55,948 nucleotides of DNA from NCBI RefSeq assembly GCF_001194135.2, contig NC_068997.1:54181168-54237115 (forward strand), written 5' to 3'. Under the pieces are notes generated by a model that saw only the letters and a list, made by a program, of their open reading frames with translations, was not told where the DNA came from and ran no database searches. This document shows, one piece after another, positions 1 through 13,545 of this stretch. This DNA comes from Octopus bimaculoides (taxonomy: Eukaryota). A program made the translations under genes and the position numbers. Position 1 is the first letter of the stretch, and each line of letters starts with the position of its first letter.

Positions 1-64
1 TATATGATACATTGACACATACACACACACACACACACATATGTATATGTATACACACATATGA

Positions 65-109
<45 letters not shown>

Positions 110-709
110 ACACGATTTTATGTATGCATGTATATGTTCGATTCATTTAATACAACCACGATACATATCTTTTCTGTTAGCTCACTCTTTCTCTCCCCCT
201 CTCTCTTACTTTCTCTCTCTCTCTCCCTCTTTCTGTTTGTTTGTCTGTCTGTCTCTCTCACTTTGTCTCTCTCTCTTTCTCTCACTCTCTCCATCTCTCA
301 ATTCCTTACTCCATAAGCGGGCGATTCACTGAACAGTTCCATCGTCGAGAATTGTTCCAACTCTTTACATTGCGAGATCAAATCCCTCTGGCGGCATTTT
401 TGATTTCCATCATTCCAGATTTAATTGATAAAATACTTATCAAGTATATGGATTGACTTATATTCTTTATCTTCTTCACTCTCACAGAATTAACTTCCTG
501 GGAAACCCCACTCAAACTGTTAGACCCAAGTAAAGAGGATGTGCCGAGTTCGAGGTCACTTCTGTCACATCAATAAAAAAGCGTAAGCTGGGGTGGAACT
601 CTTCCACTTGACTGTCAGTCCGGCAGTATTTACACTCAATGTCTATTAAATTTTACTGAGAAATATCAATGGAGGCTATATCAAGAGTCGCTGACTCGAG
701 ACGCGGCAC

Positions 710-783
710 AATGAGGTGCTGCATAATGAGGTCAAATTTGAAACCACGATGTTGCGAAGTAACTTCGTAACCACGTAGCTATA
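710..783 (-). mobile_element. Degenerate tRNA-derived SINE head (family B, CORE/OR-like)
   Basis: The reverse complement gctacgtggttacgaagttacttcgcaacatcgtggtttcaaatttgacctcattatgcagcacct resembles the family B head also seen at 41343-41437 and 42030-42200. It is heavily diverged. Confidence 0.45.
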
Positions 784-1262
784 TGAAAACACAATTTATA
801 CAAATGATTTTTCAGATAATTTTCATTAGTGGCATTTAAAGAAATGAGAATAGAGCTTCATCTAGTGGAATCACCGAGAATACATTACAATTAATCAGAT
901 GAAAGCTAGGTTGTAGAAGGAAAATCATAAAAACAAGAAAACGATGCTCTATCAGCACAAATATCGATGATTCCATTGGAAGAGAGATTTGTTTTGGACC
1001 GCGTTACAGATTAACACGTGTCTGGCCATGAAATATTCTGTGATCTAAAATTATTTCATGCTTCAATGATTGCCTGATAATAATAGAAAGATTAAGCAAT
1101 GAAGTGAAACTAATTTAGTTTAAATTATTTTCGATTCTGGAATCTAAGAAACATATGTTGGAGTAACAAATAGCAACGTAGCTGCAAGAATGTAAAACTG
1201 TTTCCAAAGTGCATGTGGTGACAAGCGATCAACAAGAAGCTTTCAAATGGTAACTGCGGCTC

Positions 1263-1289
1263 TTGTTGTTGTTGTTGTTGCTGCTGCTG

Positions 1290-1341
<52 letters not shown>

Positions 1342-1404
1342 AACTACAAGAACAACATCATGAAGAATTATTATTATTATTATTATTATCGTTATCATTA
1401 TTTT
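1263..1404. repeat. Compound trinucleotide microsatellite (TTG)n(CTG)n(CTA)n...(ATT)n
   Basis: Directly visible. It produces the poly-L and poly-V pseudo-ORFs in the ORF track. Confidence 0.95.
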
Positions 1405-1410
1405 ATAAAA

Positions 1411-1628
1411 GCCGTAAGCTGGCAGAATCGTTAGCACCCCGACGAAATGCTTAACGGTATTTCGTCCGTCTTCACCTTCTGAGTCCAAATTCTTCCGACG
1501 TCGGTTTTGCCTTTGAACCTTCGGGGTCGAGAAAATAAATAGCAGTTCAAAAATGGAGTCGATGTAATCGACTCATCCCCTCCCCCAAAATTGTTGCCCT
1601 TGTGGCAAAATTTGAAACCATTATTATT
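1411..1628 (+). mobile_element. tRNA-derived SINE family A, full length, tail type ...CCTTGTGGCAAAATTTGAAACC(ATT)n
   Basis: A-box-like TGGCAGAATCGTTAG, B-box-like GAGTCCAAATTC and the conserved core CTTTGAACCTTCGGGGTCGA. Colinear with copies at 8094, 33081, 41485 and 53531. Possible degenerate TSD: tcattatt(a)ttataa at 1395-1408 and 1642-1656. Confidence 0.9.
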
Positions 1629-1929
1629 TTTATTTTTATTTTCATTATTATTATAAGGTTGTAGATTGCAACGGAATGATAAATTTGTATTGGAATGAAA
1701 TAATTTAAAGTTTACTCATGAAAAGGAAGTTGGGGAACACCATAAATTCATTCTGTTCCTGAGAAACATTGCAGTATTGAGTCGACTATGAACAACACCA
1801 AAACCTTAGGTCATCATTGATGAAAAGCGTTCCAGATGTGACTGTTTCTCTTTATTTATCGAAGAATATTTTATCCTATCAGTTATTTCTCTTCTTAAAC
1901 GGTATCGCATGATTTGAGCGATAAGTGTC

Positions 1930-2090
1930 TGCTTGGCGGAGGCACGTCGAGCGGTGCTTAAAACACCTGGCGGTATATTTACGTTTATCTATATTTCAGA
2001 TTCGATTCCTGCTAAGATCAATGTTGCATTTCATCCACTCGCCTTCCCAGGCTCAATTAAATAGGGACCTATGTAATAATAGTGTTAATG
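1930..2090 (+). mobile_element. Old, highly diverged family A-like SINE relic
   Basis: aaacacctggcggtatattt...cagattcgattcctgctaagatcaatgttgcatttcatcc aligns loosely to the family A body. Confidence 0.45.
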
Positions 2091-2957
2091 GGATCGTTTA
2101 AACGCAACACGATGTGTGGTTCTATGATTATGTTAACCCAATATTGTTAATTATTAACGATTGTTCGATCGATAATATATACTACGAATTAGATATATTG
2201 AAACCAGCAACACGTATTGGGATATTTGCGTGTAGGGACATTAACACACAATCAGACACACATAAATTGATTCTAATTCCACATAGAACAATACAGGCAT
2301 TAAATCAATTCTAATTTACGACATAATAACTTTCCACAGAACCATTCAGAGAACCCTGGTTAATTTAGATATCCCAGTTGTACTTAGCAAACTCGTTGTA
2401 TCCGGATTAACAAGTAATGCCTGTGAATATTATATCCACGCAGGAATTATAAATAAAAGCTTCATTCTCTGTATCCTATGTCAGAAACTTAGCAAGGAAT
2501 TTTAATGTGACATGTCTGATGAAAGCAACGAATCTTTCACTAAAATTTCTGGACTTTACATATGTTAGAAAAAGTTATAAAGAATTCTGCATATTTTACG
2601 AAAAAAATTAAAGACGTAAAAGTTTTGGAAATCTTTAGGGATTTTCTGAGTTTGTACATTACAGTAACATTCAAAAAAACTATTTGCAGAGTTTAAAGTT
2701 ATTCGGTCCTGTTGTTTTTAATGGTGAAACAAGGAGGTGTAGTACTCAATAAGCTTAACAAAACTTCTAAGATGATCCGAGAACATTGTGTTCAGGCAGA
2801 AGACTTAGCACTTTCACCCAGAACAATTTCGCATCCAAGGATCGGTTTTTGAGTTATTGTCCTTTATCATCGTGAAGTAGCTTGGTTGGCTAGATGTCGC
2901 TAGTGAACTGCAGTCGAAAATATATAGATTTCAAAATGACACACAGTCATTGATCTG

Positions 2958-3291
2958 CAAAGTAGAAATGTTAGTATTTATAAATCTCTCAAAGAGAGAT
3001 ATGTAGTAACAGCACCATGACGTTTTGCCAACGTAATGTCTCAGAAACTGGTCTGTGGATGCGAAGTTGTACTTGGTGGAGTCTCTGATCTCTCCTGTTT
3101 CAAAATATAAAGACGCTGAATTTTTTGTGTCGTGTAACCAGCTGGACACGATGTTTCCTAGGGCTAAATAACAATAAAATCCGTCCCATCCTGTGACTGC
3201 CACATTATGTGGGTGAAAAGTCATTACTTTCTGGTGCTGTTACTGTATATCTCTCTTTGAGGTATTTAGAAATACTGATATTTCTCTTTTG
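2958..3291. repeat. Long inverted repeat / MITE-like element (60-bp arms, 214-bp spacer)
   Basis: 2958-3017 and 3232-3291 are reverse complements, with 45/52 identity over the inner 52 bp by hand alignment. No clear TSD. Confidence 0.8.
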
Positions 3292-3355
3292 AATTTATTA
3301 CCATCCTATTTCTATACTAAAGCAATATCACATTTCAAAGATTACATCATTGTAA

Positions 3356-3440
<85 letters not shown>

Positions 3441-3731
3441 GGTGTGCGCACGAATGTATATGTGTGTGTGTATGAGTGTGTGTGTGTGTTGGTTTGCATG
3501 TGTGCGTAAGAGTTTATATCTTCGTGTTCGTATCTATGTATGTATATATACAAACACAGTACATATGTATGCATGCATGCATTAATTTCGCAAGTACAAA
3601 TATTGCACAGGACTGCATGAACTAATATTATTTCATAATCACACAACCCAGAAAGATTCCCGTTAATTACTGTCAAACATATGAAAACTTATACTGAAGG
3701 TATCCTATTGGCCATGAATAATTTTAAACAC

Positions 3732-3776
<45 letters not shown>

Positions 3777-4484
3777 GTAGAGATATATTTATATATATAT
3801 ATATAATGTTATATTACATGGAATTACATGTGTGTAAGCATTGTTACACTTTGCGTGTGTTTTTGTATGCATGTGTATACGTGTGTTTCGTGCAGAAAAT
3901 TAACGGGATTGTCCATAGATATAACAATAGTTAATTATATGCGATTTCCCCCTTTATTTTCGACATACCAAAGAAGCGGTCATGTTCTGCCTTGTAGAAT
4001 AACGCTTCTGGTAATTACAGTGAATTCAAATTTGAAAGAACGCAGAGCTCAGATGTATGAAATAACGTCTTATTTCAGAAGGGGAAATGAAGGCAAAGTT
4101 TGTGTATTTTCATGTTTGTGTGATTGTTCACAGATATATCGATTAGATAATTTGTGTTGTACGAAGAGTGTTATGGAAAATGTATGTAATTGTTTCGTCG
4201 TTTATGAAATTAAATGAAGGAATATATGTAGAAAGTATTCTAGAAAACATAATGCACACAAAGGCACGCATTAGCATATCAATGTTGAAATATGGCGGAA
4301 TTTATTACGAAGTAATTTGGTCACTATCGTTTTTATTCTTGATACTTTATACTACATACATATGTTTGTGTTTGTAAATTCAAAATGTTTCCCTGCAGAC
4401 AATGGATATTAGCAAATATGAAGCATATTAAAAATCGTAAATGTTCATCTGTCGAGACGACATAGATCTTAAAGATAGCTGACC

Positions 4485-4516
<32 letters not shown>

Positions 4517-5180
4517 ATCATGTGACCTGGCAGTTTTGGCGTATCTCATGTTAAATAGCGCAGTATTCTGTGCCCTAACACAACATCCACTTGAAATGGG
4601 AGACACTGGAAACTAGTGACACGCTTGGAACTCTGAGTATCATGGAGTTTGAGTCAATCTGCTTTTATATATAAGCGTAACTCCCAATAAATGTGTTGAG
4701 TGCCCTAGTTTCGCTTGTCTACTCAATCGTATATACATACATGTATATATATGTATATATATATATATATATATANNNNNNNNNNNNNNNNNNNNNNNNN
4801 NNNNNNNNNNNNNNNNNNNNNNNNNNNNNNNNNNNNNNNNNNNNNNNNNNNNNNNNNNNNNNNNNNNNNNNNNNNNNNNNNNNNNNNNNNNNNNNNNNNN
4901 NNNNNNNNNNNNNNNNNNNNNNNNNNNNNNNNNNNNNNNNNNNNNNNNNNNNNNNNNNNNNNNNNNNNNNNNNNNNNNNNNNNNNNNNNNNNNNNNNNNN
5001 NNNNNNNNNNNNNNNNNNNNNNNNNNNNNNNNNNNNNNNNNNNNNNNNNNNNNNNNNNNNNNNNNNNNNNNNNNNNNNNNNNNNNNNNNNNNNNNNNNNN
5101 NNNNNNNNNNNNNNNNNNNNNNNNNNNNNNNNNNNNNNNNNNNNNNNNNNNNNNNNNNNNNNNNNNNNNNNNNNNNNNNN

Positions 5181-5248
<68 letters not shown>

Positions 5249-6452
5249 TGCGTGTTTGAGTTCGAAAGTGTGAATGCGAGGTTGGATGTGTATAAAACTC
5301 CATCTTGGTATTCTTACCTTATTTTATTACCACGCTAACTTACATTCACAAATACGAGAAAACACCTTCCTGTTGTTATGTTCTGTCACACATTACTCTC
5401 TGCTCAAAAGAAAAAGAAAAGAAAAAAAACAAGAAAACATAGCTGAGAATTTCCAGAATTCCATAATATATCGAAACACCATTCTTCGTACGAGCTGCGT
5501 GCATCAGCTCGAATATATATTCCTATACTAACATATTATATCATCTTTATTTCGCCTAGCTTAAGCTAATCATTTCGCTATTTTATAGCCGAAAGCCAGA
5601 GTTTTAAAACAGCGCAGATATTTCAGCTGCTCAAAGCTATACAAACAATTCCATATAAATATAGATTCGGTAACGAATGTAACACATTATTTTCTCTTTT
5701 AATATTAATTGATCGATTCATTTTGCACCCTTTATTGCTGTCATTATTGTTAGGATACTCTTCTTCTTCTTCTTTCTATTGTTTATGTTGTTGCCGTAGC
5801 CATGACCTGTCTAAAAAAATAAAACATTTCTCGTATTTTCAGCCTGTCATGGTTGATCTCTTCCTATTTTCCCTCCACATCCTTGTCCTCCAAGTCCTCC
5901 TCCTCCACTTCTTTCGCGCCCTCCTCTTCTTACCCTTCTCCACATCTCCCTCCTCCCTTACCTCCACATCCTCCTCCTCTATTTCCACATCCTCCTCGAC
6001 TTTTCCACATCTTCCTCCAGGTCATCTTCCTCCTTTTCCTTTCTTTTCCAATTCTTCCTCCATCTTCCTCCTCAACCCAACTTTTTCTTTTCCTCCTCCT
6101 NNNNNNNNNNNNNNNNNNNNNNNNNNNNNNNNNNNNNNNNNNNNNNNNNNNNNNNNNNNNNNNNNNNNNNNNNNNNNNNNNNNNNNNNNNNNNNNNNNNN
6201 NNNNNNNNNNNNNNNNNNNNNNNNNNNNNNNNNNNNNNNNNNNNNNNNNNNNNNNNNNNNNNNNNNNNNNNNNNNNNNNNNNNNNNNNNNNNNNNNNNNN
6301 NNNNNNNNNNTCTTTCTCTTGTGACGAGATGAGAGAGTTCTTAAAGCGTCGCACAAAATGCCAAACAGGGTTGCTTCCAGCTCCTTACGTTGTGTCTCTG
6401 ATCTCATTGCAGTCCTATTTGCCCTTCATTATTTTGATAACAACAAAAAGGG

Positions 6453-6544
6453 TCAATCAATTTATTTCAAGGTTTCTCGAACCGGTTTCTAACCTAGATC
6501 CCAGGCTCCTTCGTTGGAATTTTAGCATCAACAACAGGCTTATT

Positions 6545-6548
<4 letters not shown>
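6453..6548 (-). mobile_element. ~110-bp (CATA)n-associated element, copy 1 (internal deletion)
   Basis: The reverse complement aaaataagcctgttgttgatgctaaaattccaacgaaggagcctgggatctaggttagaaaccggttc...gaaaccttgaaataaa is preceded by (CATA)n(CAGA)n. Homologous to 15641, 40953 and 55558. Confidence 0.9.
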
Positions 6549-6577
<29 letters not shown>

Positions 6578-6746
6578 AGGTATGTATGTATGTATGTATG
6601 TTTTGCAAATCTACAACGGGAGAATTTTACGAAAACTCTACGTTCTTCTACGTATTCTTACATTCCTTCACAGATAATTACGAACATTGTAGCCATCGAT
6701 GCACGTTTGTATATATGTGTATGTATGTATGTGTATGTATGTATGT

Positions 6747-6803
<57 letters not shown>

Positions 6804-7937
6804 TGTATGTATGTATGTATTGGGGGTGCGGATGTAAACATATGCGTACGCATACAAAATGGATAAACGCACAGACAAACATACAGACGTATAGATATAT
6901 AGATAATATATACAAACATACCTACAAATATACATACATACACACATATATACAGGCAAATAGCAACGCATATATACTGCTTTTTTCTGACGATAACTGT
7001 ACTCAAGTGTAAGCGTATTGAAACTTCTATAATACCTTCCTCTTATTTTATGGTTATATGTGTATTTGCGAAGTTATATATTCATTCCACTATACACAAA
7101 CGCATATATATCCATATATACATTCACTTGTATATATGGATACATATGTATGTGTATATATATAAATATATACATATATATGTGTGTGTGAATATATATA
7201 TATATATATATACATATATTTCTCAATAAATATATGTTTATATATATACATATATACATTTAAATATATATATATGTATATATATATGTTTATATATAAA
7301 TACATGTGTAAGTATATGTATGCATATAAACAGAAAAGAAACACTTTTAGATAGGACCGTAAGCAAGAACATAAAGAGCAGGTACTCCCGAAACTGCGAG
7401 TCATTTTTATGAAACCCAAGACTACTGCGATGACCACACAGCGCCATATAAAACGTCAAGCAATTCCCATAAAAACATGCAAAATCTGGCAAATGTAACA
7501 TACATTATGCTTTCACTTCACAACTCCAACTAGTTCGTCTCTCCTCGTTGCACATCCTATCAATGGAAAGAAGTAATTTGGGACTGCTGCTGTTGTTATT
7601 ATTGTAATGCGTTGTCTTGTCTGCATTCAATGGTTCAATGAAAATGAAAGATAAATTATATCGGAAGGAATATAAAGTGAAAAATAAACTTCAAGCAGCG
7701 CCTACTTTAAACTTTGTATCTTCTGTTAGTTTATGCGTTAGTCGTAATGTGTTACCTATCCGACATTTTTGCATATATAGAGAGAGATGGATATATATAT
7801 ATGTGTGTGTGTATAGGTAGGTAGATAAGGTGGTAGATAAGAGAGAATAGTGGGATATACAAAAATCGGTGGGTGAGGTTTTGCGACAGAGGATGCTTTG
7901 GGCAATTTTTACATAATTAGAAAATAAACAATTGATT

Positions 7938-8029
<92 letters not shown>

Positions 8030-8093
8030 TATACTCACGCATACACATACACATAGATGTGTATGTGTGTATGCATACATATAATAAATATAA

Positions 8094-8520
8094 GGCGGCG
8101 AGCTGGCAGAAACGTTAGCACTGCGGGCGAAATGCTTAGCTGTAATTAATCTGCCGTTACGCTCTGAGTTCAAATTTCAACGAAGTCGACTTTGTCTTTC
8201 ATCCTTTCGGGATCGATAAATTATGTACCAGTTACGCACTGGGGTCGATGTGATCGACTTAATCCCTTTTTTGTCCTTGCTTGTCCCCTCTATGTTTTGC
8301 TCCTTCTGGGCAATAAAGAAATAAGAAACGTTAGCACACCGGGCGAAATGCTTAACGGTATTTCATCTGTCTTTACCTTCTGAGTTCAATTTCCGCCGAG
8401 GTCGACTTTGCCTTTCATTCTTTCGGGGTATTAAGTACCAGTTACGTCCTGGAGTAAATCTAATCGACTGGCACCCACACCCAAAATTTCGGGCCTTGTG
8501 CCTAGAGTAGAAAAAAGGAT
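8094..8520 (+). mobile_element. Dimeric family A SINE (left monomer 8094-8324, right monomer 8325-8520 lacking the first ~15 nt)
   Basis: Two head-to-tail colinear monomers with different 3' tails. The right monomer starts at GAAACGTTAG, inside the A-box. Confidence 0.9.
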
Positions 8521-8629
8521 ATATATGTGTGCATTTGTGTGTGTGTGTGTACATGTATGTATGTATCTATGTGTGTATGTATGTATGTATGCATTTATGT
8601 ATATATGTATATACATACAAACATACATA

Positions 8630-8687
<58 letters not shown>

Positions 8688-11235
8688 NNNNNNNNNNNNN
8701 NNNNNNNNNNNNNNNNNNNNNNNNNNNNNNNNNNNNNNNNNNNNNNNNNNATATATATATATATACGTACATATACATATATAAATATTTGTATGTATGT
8801 ATGTACATCGTCACAAGATATCACGCTTCTCTCTATGTAAATTTTGCGTGGAGATCTGAGGTTGTCGTCGTAATGTATTTAAACGATTTGAACGAGTTGT
8901 ACCAGAGACGTTCGGCAGAAGTATATATACCCTAATCGACATATGAGTACGAATGCATTTGCCTGAAATACTGTTACAAAGATATACGGCAATATGTGAT
9001 TCTTAAATGATAAAATCCATATTCCATTAAAGCTATCTGGTTGTGTTTGGCTTTGTGATTGCTTCCGAAAGCTTTAAATTGAAGAATTTATTAAATGAAA
9101 ATATGAACTTCTTATTAATGAATGCGTAGTAGTTGATGTGGTGTGGCAATATTGTAATCTTCTGGTTCCAAATGAGTCATGATTAAAAGCACAAAGGAAT
9201 ACGAAGACACAGGTTATAATTGAGTGCCAACTGGTACAACATGAATAATACTGTTAGCAAATACACATTGTTTCCTCGTGCAGGGGGTACATGAGGATTT
9301 GTGCAGGAAGGTGCACGGCATCGCGCCGAAGCCCTCTCCTGATTAGACTCTCCCCTCTGAGCTAGTTTACAGGAAATTCTTTCTTTATAGCTGTCGTATG
9401 GTTTCGGCAAACGAACATTGTTGTGGCGCGCTTTGTTAGTCTGGCAAGTAGTCTGATTGGATAACTTAAGGCATCCTGTACCCATATATGGATTTGGCCA
9501 ATGTGTAAACTGCAACGTGACCCGGTCATATGACCACTTGCAGAAAAAAACAGGCGTGCTAAGCAGCTATGCGCCCATTTAAGACTAAACAGCCAAATGC
9601 TAATCATGCTTCTGCTACAAAAGTTTTCATCATGAATCGGAAGAAAGTTTCCATCTCAATATTATTTTCTATTCTCTCGACCGATATATATTTATGGTAC
9701 GCACTGTAACCACTTGTCGGTATGATATTGGCTCCTACAACCCTAATACCGATCTGTATATATGATCGTGTATATGTGTATATACATGATTTGTGTCTGC
9801 GTATGTGTGTGTGTTTGTGTGTGTTCAATTGGATATATATTTAATATATAATGCCCCTCAGAATCCAGCATTCAATCCAGGATCGCTCGATAACTTCTTA
9901 TGTTTAAACATACAGATGAAAGAATGTGGATGCGGGTGCATATACGTATGTATGTATGTATGTATGCATATAAGTGCGTTGTAACCAGCGGTTTTTTTAG
10001 AACATCCTATGGTATGGTCAATACCTTGATTTATGTGTGTGTGTGTGTGTATATGTATGCAGGAGGTGAGGTGCATATGTGTGTGTGTGTGTGTGTGTGT
10101 GTGTTTGGGTGTGTTTGGGTGTGTGTGTGTGTGTGTTTCTAATAATACATGCAAGCAACACACAGCTAGCAGAGTCGTCTGCTGTCAATGAATCTTAATC
10201 TGAAACAGCGAACGTATCTATCCATTCTGCAACTGTTTTCTCTAAGCTTTTCTTTGTTAATTCCGCCTGACTTTAATAGCATTAATGTAATTCATTTTAA
10301 TGACTCGTACATTTCAACATATTAAGAAACACAAGCCTACGCACAAAAACTCACATATTTACATAGGGATGCATATATTTCAGTATCTAGATTTACTCTC
10401 GTGTGTCTGTGTGTATGTATAACGTTGCCTGGCCTAAGATATAGTAATTTATTGGAATAAAATTTCGTTTAGAGAGATATATCTAAATGGGTAATTAGTG
10501 GTATTAATGTTGGAAATGGAGGTACATTGAAAATGTGGTTTTAATAACTCTCTTAAAGAGATAGGTGACTCAATTAATGGGAAATAAACTACAATGTGAA
10601 ACTAGAAACCTATTTTAATTTCGTTTACATGTAGAATGCATTATCATATATGTATAGTAGTTGCTCCATCTTCATAGATGATTGCCGTCTCCTTTTTTTC
10701 TTTTCTCCTTGTCATTGGCGTTTCTGAGTTACTGTCAATGATATCTCACATTACAATTCAGTTCCGATGCAGATCTGCGTGGTTTAAAGCATAAGTGGGA
10801 GGCGAAAATTGTATCACACTGCAAGTTTCCAACTGGTTAGGGTTACACACGCTGCCACTCTTCTATCGCCATAGTAGATAGAATAAACAATGAGATCACC
10901 ATTAAGAGGCATCCATACGTCGTTAGATTATAGTGATAAATGCTTGTACAACACGAGTGCCACGCTCTAAGTCTCCGTAATTAGTACAAAATGACAGGCT
11001 GAAGCAAGATGACAAGAAATCCCATAAAACCGCAGGTTTTAAATCAACGTATCCGTTTCCTAGAAGTACGGTGTGACAACAGCAATGAGTCCCTCAGTCC
11101 CGGTGATTTTACTGTGTGCCCTGACTTCAACCAACAGTGCTTTCAGCACCCTCGCACTCAGATGGATTGACATAACATATGCAAGATAACCCATAACTGG
11201 GGTCCTGACAGTGGCTACTGCTCCGAGCCAGAGTA

Positions 11236-11343
11236 GAAAGGATGAAAGGCAAAGTCGACATCAGTGGAATTTGAACTCAGAACGTAAAGACAGACGAAAT
11301 ACCGCATTTCACCCGGTGTGCTAACGTTTCTGGCAGCTCGCCG
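11236..11343 (-). mobile_element. Family A SINE, 5' half only
   Basis: The reverse complement cggcgagctgccagaaacgttagcacaccggg...gagttcaaattccactgatgtcgactttgcctttcatcctttc matches the head and core. The tail is absent. Confidence 0.9.
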
Positions 11344-11548
11344 ACTCCTGCTAGTGAAATATTATTAGAGAGAGTACATGAATTTTTGTTTTTTTAATAT
11401 TTTGTGTATTGCAGAATTATAACCAGTTTATTGGGCATAAGTTTTAGCAAATAAAATCTTAAATGAACGCCTAAGTGTCGTATCGACAACGGTTAAGAAA
11501 CATTGTACAAGATAATGTAGTCCAAGGTGCATGATGCCGGAAGCAACA

Positions 11549-11620
11549 GAGATAGTTATGGCAGAACGCCTTTAATCACAGATATACTTCATCATGGCTG
11601 ACCTGAAATATAGCACAACA
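11549..11620 (-). repeat. Short dispersed repeat family E (TTTAGCCCCAGGTCAG...GATTAAAGGCGTTCCAG...CCATC)
   Basis: Similar to 21768-21855 (-) and 53777-53850 (-), with weaker copies at 1802-1855 (+), 12061-12090 (-) and 22797-22855 (+). Confidence 0.6.
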
Positions 11621-12289
11621 GCAAGCAATAACGAAATGGTGTACAACCGGTTGTTCTGTTGAAAGAAAATAGTTTTAGAAGCAAGTATTTATATTGATAT
11701 AGTTCACTTGTTTGATGTACGTCTTATTCAATGTAATTGATGGGTTGCAAAAGACTGCTTCTATGGCATTCTTTAGGCCACATTCCAAGGAATAATAGCT
11801 CTTAATTCTCTCAAGTCCTTCAATTTTATTCTACTGAGGTTGAATTACAGAAGGAACTATTGGTCTTTAGCAATACGAGCAACTCTTGAGGGAGAAGATT
11901 TTAAACTATATATGCTAATTGGTAAAAGACGATTGCGAGTCTGGGAACGAGCTGTTTAGTGATCGACTGAACTGCGAGAAATAACGAAATTCTCGAAAAC
12001 CAAACACTGCAAATCAAACATTAGATAATGAAATATCTTATAAAGTATGTCTGCGTAGAGGGGATGGCCACGGCCAGAACTGCTTTCAACATCGGATCGA
12101 TTTTTCTTAAAATCATAAGTATATCAGATAGAGAATAGCTGTAACTACGAATTTTTCAAAGAAGGCCAACGTCAAGACTAATGCTGGCTGAAGAGCGGAA
12201 ATTCTCTTCTGATCAAATACGTGGTTCATATGTCTTCTGAAGTAATGATTTATACTTAAGACACTCAAGGACCGAATGAACCGACAACC

Positions 12290-12400
12290 ACCCAACTTTG
12301 GGTTTTCGGGCAGCTTTTATTTTCCAAGTTTCACTTATAATTATTGGATTACCCAGGATTTTGTCACAAGTGACTTGCCCAAGAGTTCATAGCAGCCTGA
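12290..12400 (-). mobile_element. CORE-like SINE fragment (family B)
   Basis: The reverse complement contains tgaactcttgggcaagtcactt, which resembles the CORE motif TGTGACCTTGGGCAAGTCACTT. Confidence 0.45.
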
Positions 12401-12815
12401 CAACAACACATCTCTTCTTCCTCCTCCTCCGCCTCCTCCTCCTCCTCCTCCNNNNNNNNNNNNNNNNNNNNNNNNNNNNNNNNNNNNNNNNNNNNNNNNN
12501 NNNNNNNNNNNNNNNNNNNNNNNNNNNNNNNNNNNNNNNNNNNNNNNNNNNNNNNNNNNNNNNNNNNNNNNNNNNNNNNNNNNNNNNNNNNNNNNNNNNN
12601 NNNNNNNNNNNNNNNNNNNNNNNNNNNNNNNNNNNNNNNNNNNNNNNNNNNNNNNNNNNNNNNNNNNNNNNNNNNNNNNNNNNNNNNNNNNNNNNNNNNN
12701 NNNNNNNNNNNNNNNNNNNNNNNNNNNNNNNNNNNNNNNNNNNNNNNNNNNNNNNNNNNNNNNNNNNNNNNNTGTGTGTGTGTGTGTGCATAACGTACAA
12801 ATACATGCATGTCTC

Positions 12816-12857
<42 letters not shown>

Positions 12858-13545
12858 AATATGTGTGTGTACGTATATATACATGTATATATATTTGTGT
12901 GTGTATCTATCTATATGCATACACACGCGAATACACATACACACACAAACACACACATACTAACACACTCACACACACATATATATATATATGTGCACAT
13001 ACACTATCCTCATGCCTTCCACAGTAACGACGATCCCTGTTTAGGCTATTTATAACGAATAACTTAGTAATTATCTGATTCAGCAAGGAAAATCTTGGTG
13101 TTCGGAGATAGAAAAATGATTTATCTTGTGTTCGTGTCCCTCGAATGTATCTTAGCTCAATTACATTTCCAAAATGCAGACCAACAAACACACACCCACG
13201 CACACACGTACGCGCTCGCTCGCGTGTACACATATACACAGAGGAAGAGAGATAGGAGACGAGGAGGTGAGAGCTAGTAATCTCATTTGTTAGACTAAAG
13301 TTCTGATTAATGGACAATATTGAATGGAATCATTACTGGCGTTTAATTATATAAATGACATCATTCATAGTTCAAATTTTCACATAGACTTACCCTCTAA
13401 TACCGAATATATATATATATATATATANNNNNNNNNNNNNNNNNNNNNNNNNNNNNNNNNNNNNNNNNNNNNNNNNNNNNNNNNNNNNNNNNNNNNNNNN
13501 NNNNNNNNNNNNNNNNNNNNNNNNNNNNNNNNNNNNNAGATTGTA

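Noticed and set aside
241-570. Plus-strand frame ...RDQIPLAAFLISIIPDLIDKILIKYMD as a coding exon
   Set aside because: No recognisable homology, an in-frame stop follows and there is no consistent pair of splice sites.
5491-5511. Perfect 7-bp hairpin CGAGCTG-cgtgcat-CAGCTCG as a Helitron 3' end or hammerhead helix II
   Set aside because: There is no CTRR at the right distance and no CUGANGA or GAAAC core. A single short hairpin is within chance.
11195-11245. Apparent fusion of a plus-strand SINE tail (AGAGTAGAAAG) to the minus-strand SINE body
   Set aside because: Only ~11 nt match, and the spacing to the upstream ACTGGGGTC does not fit the consensus.
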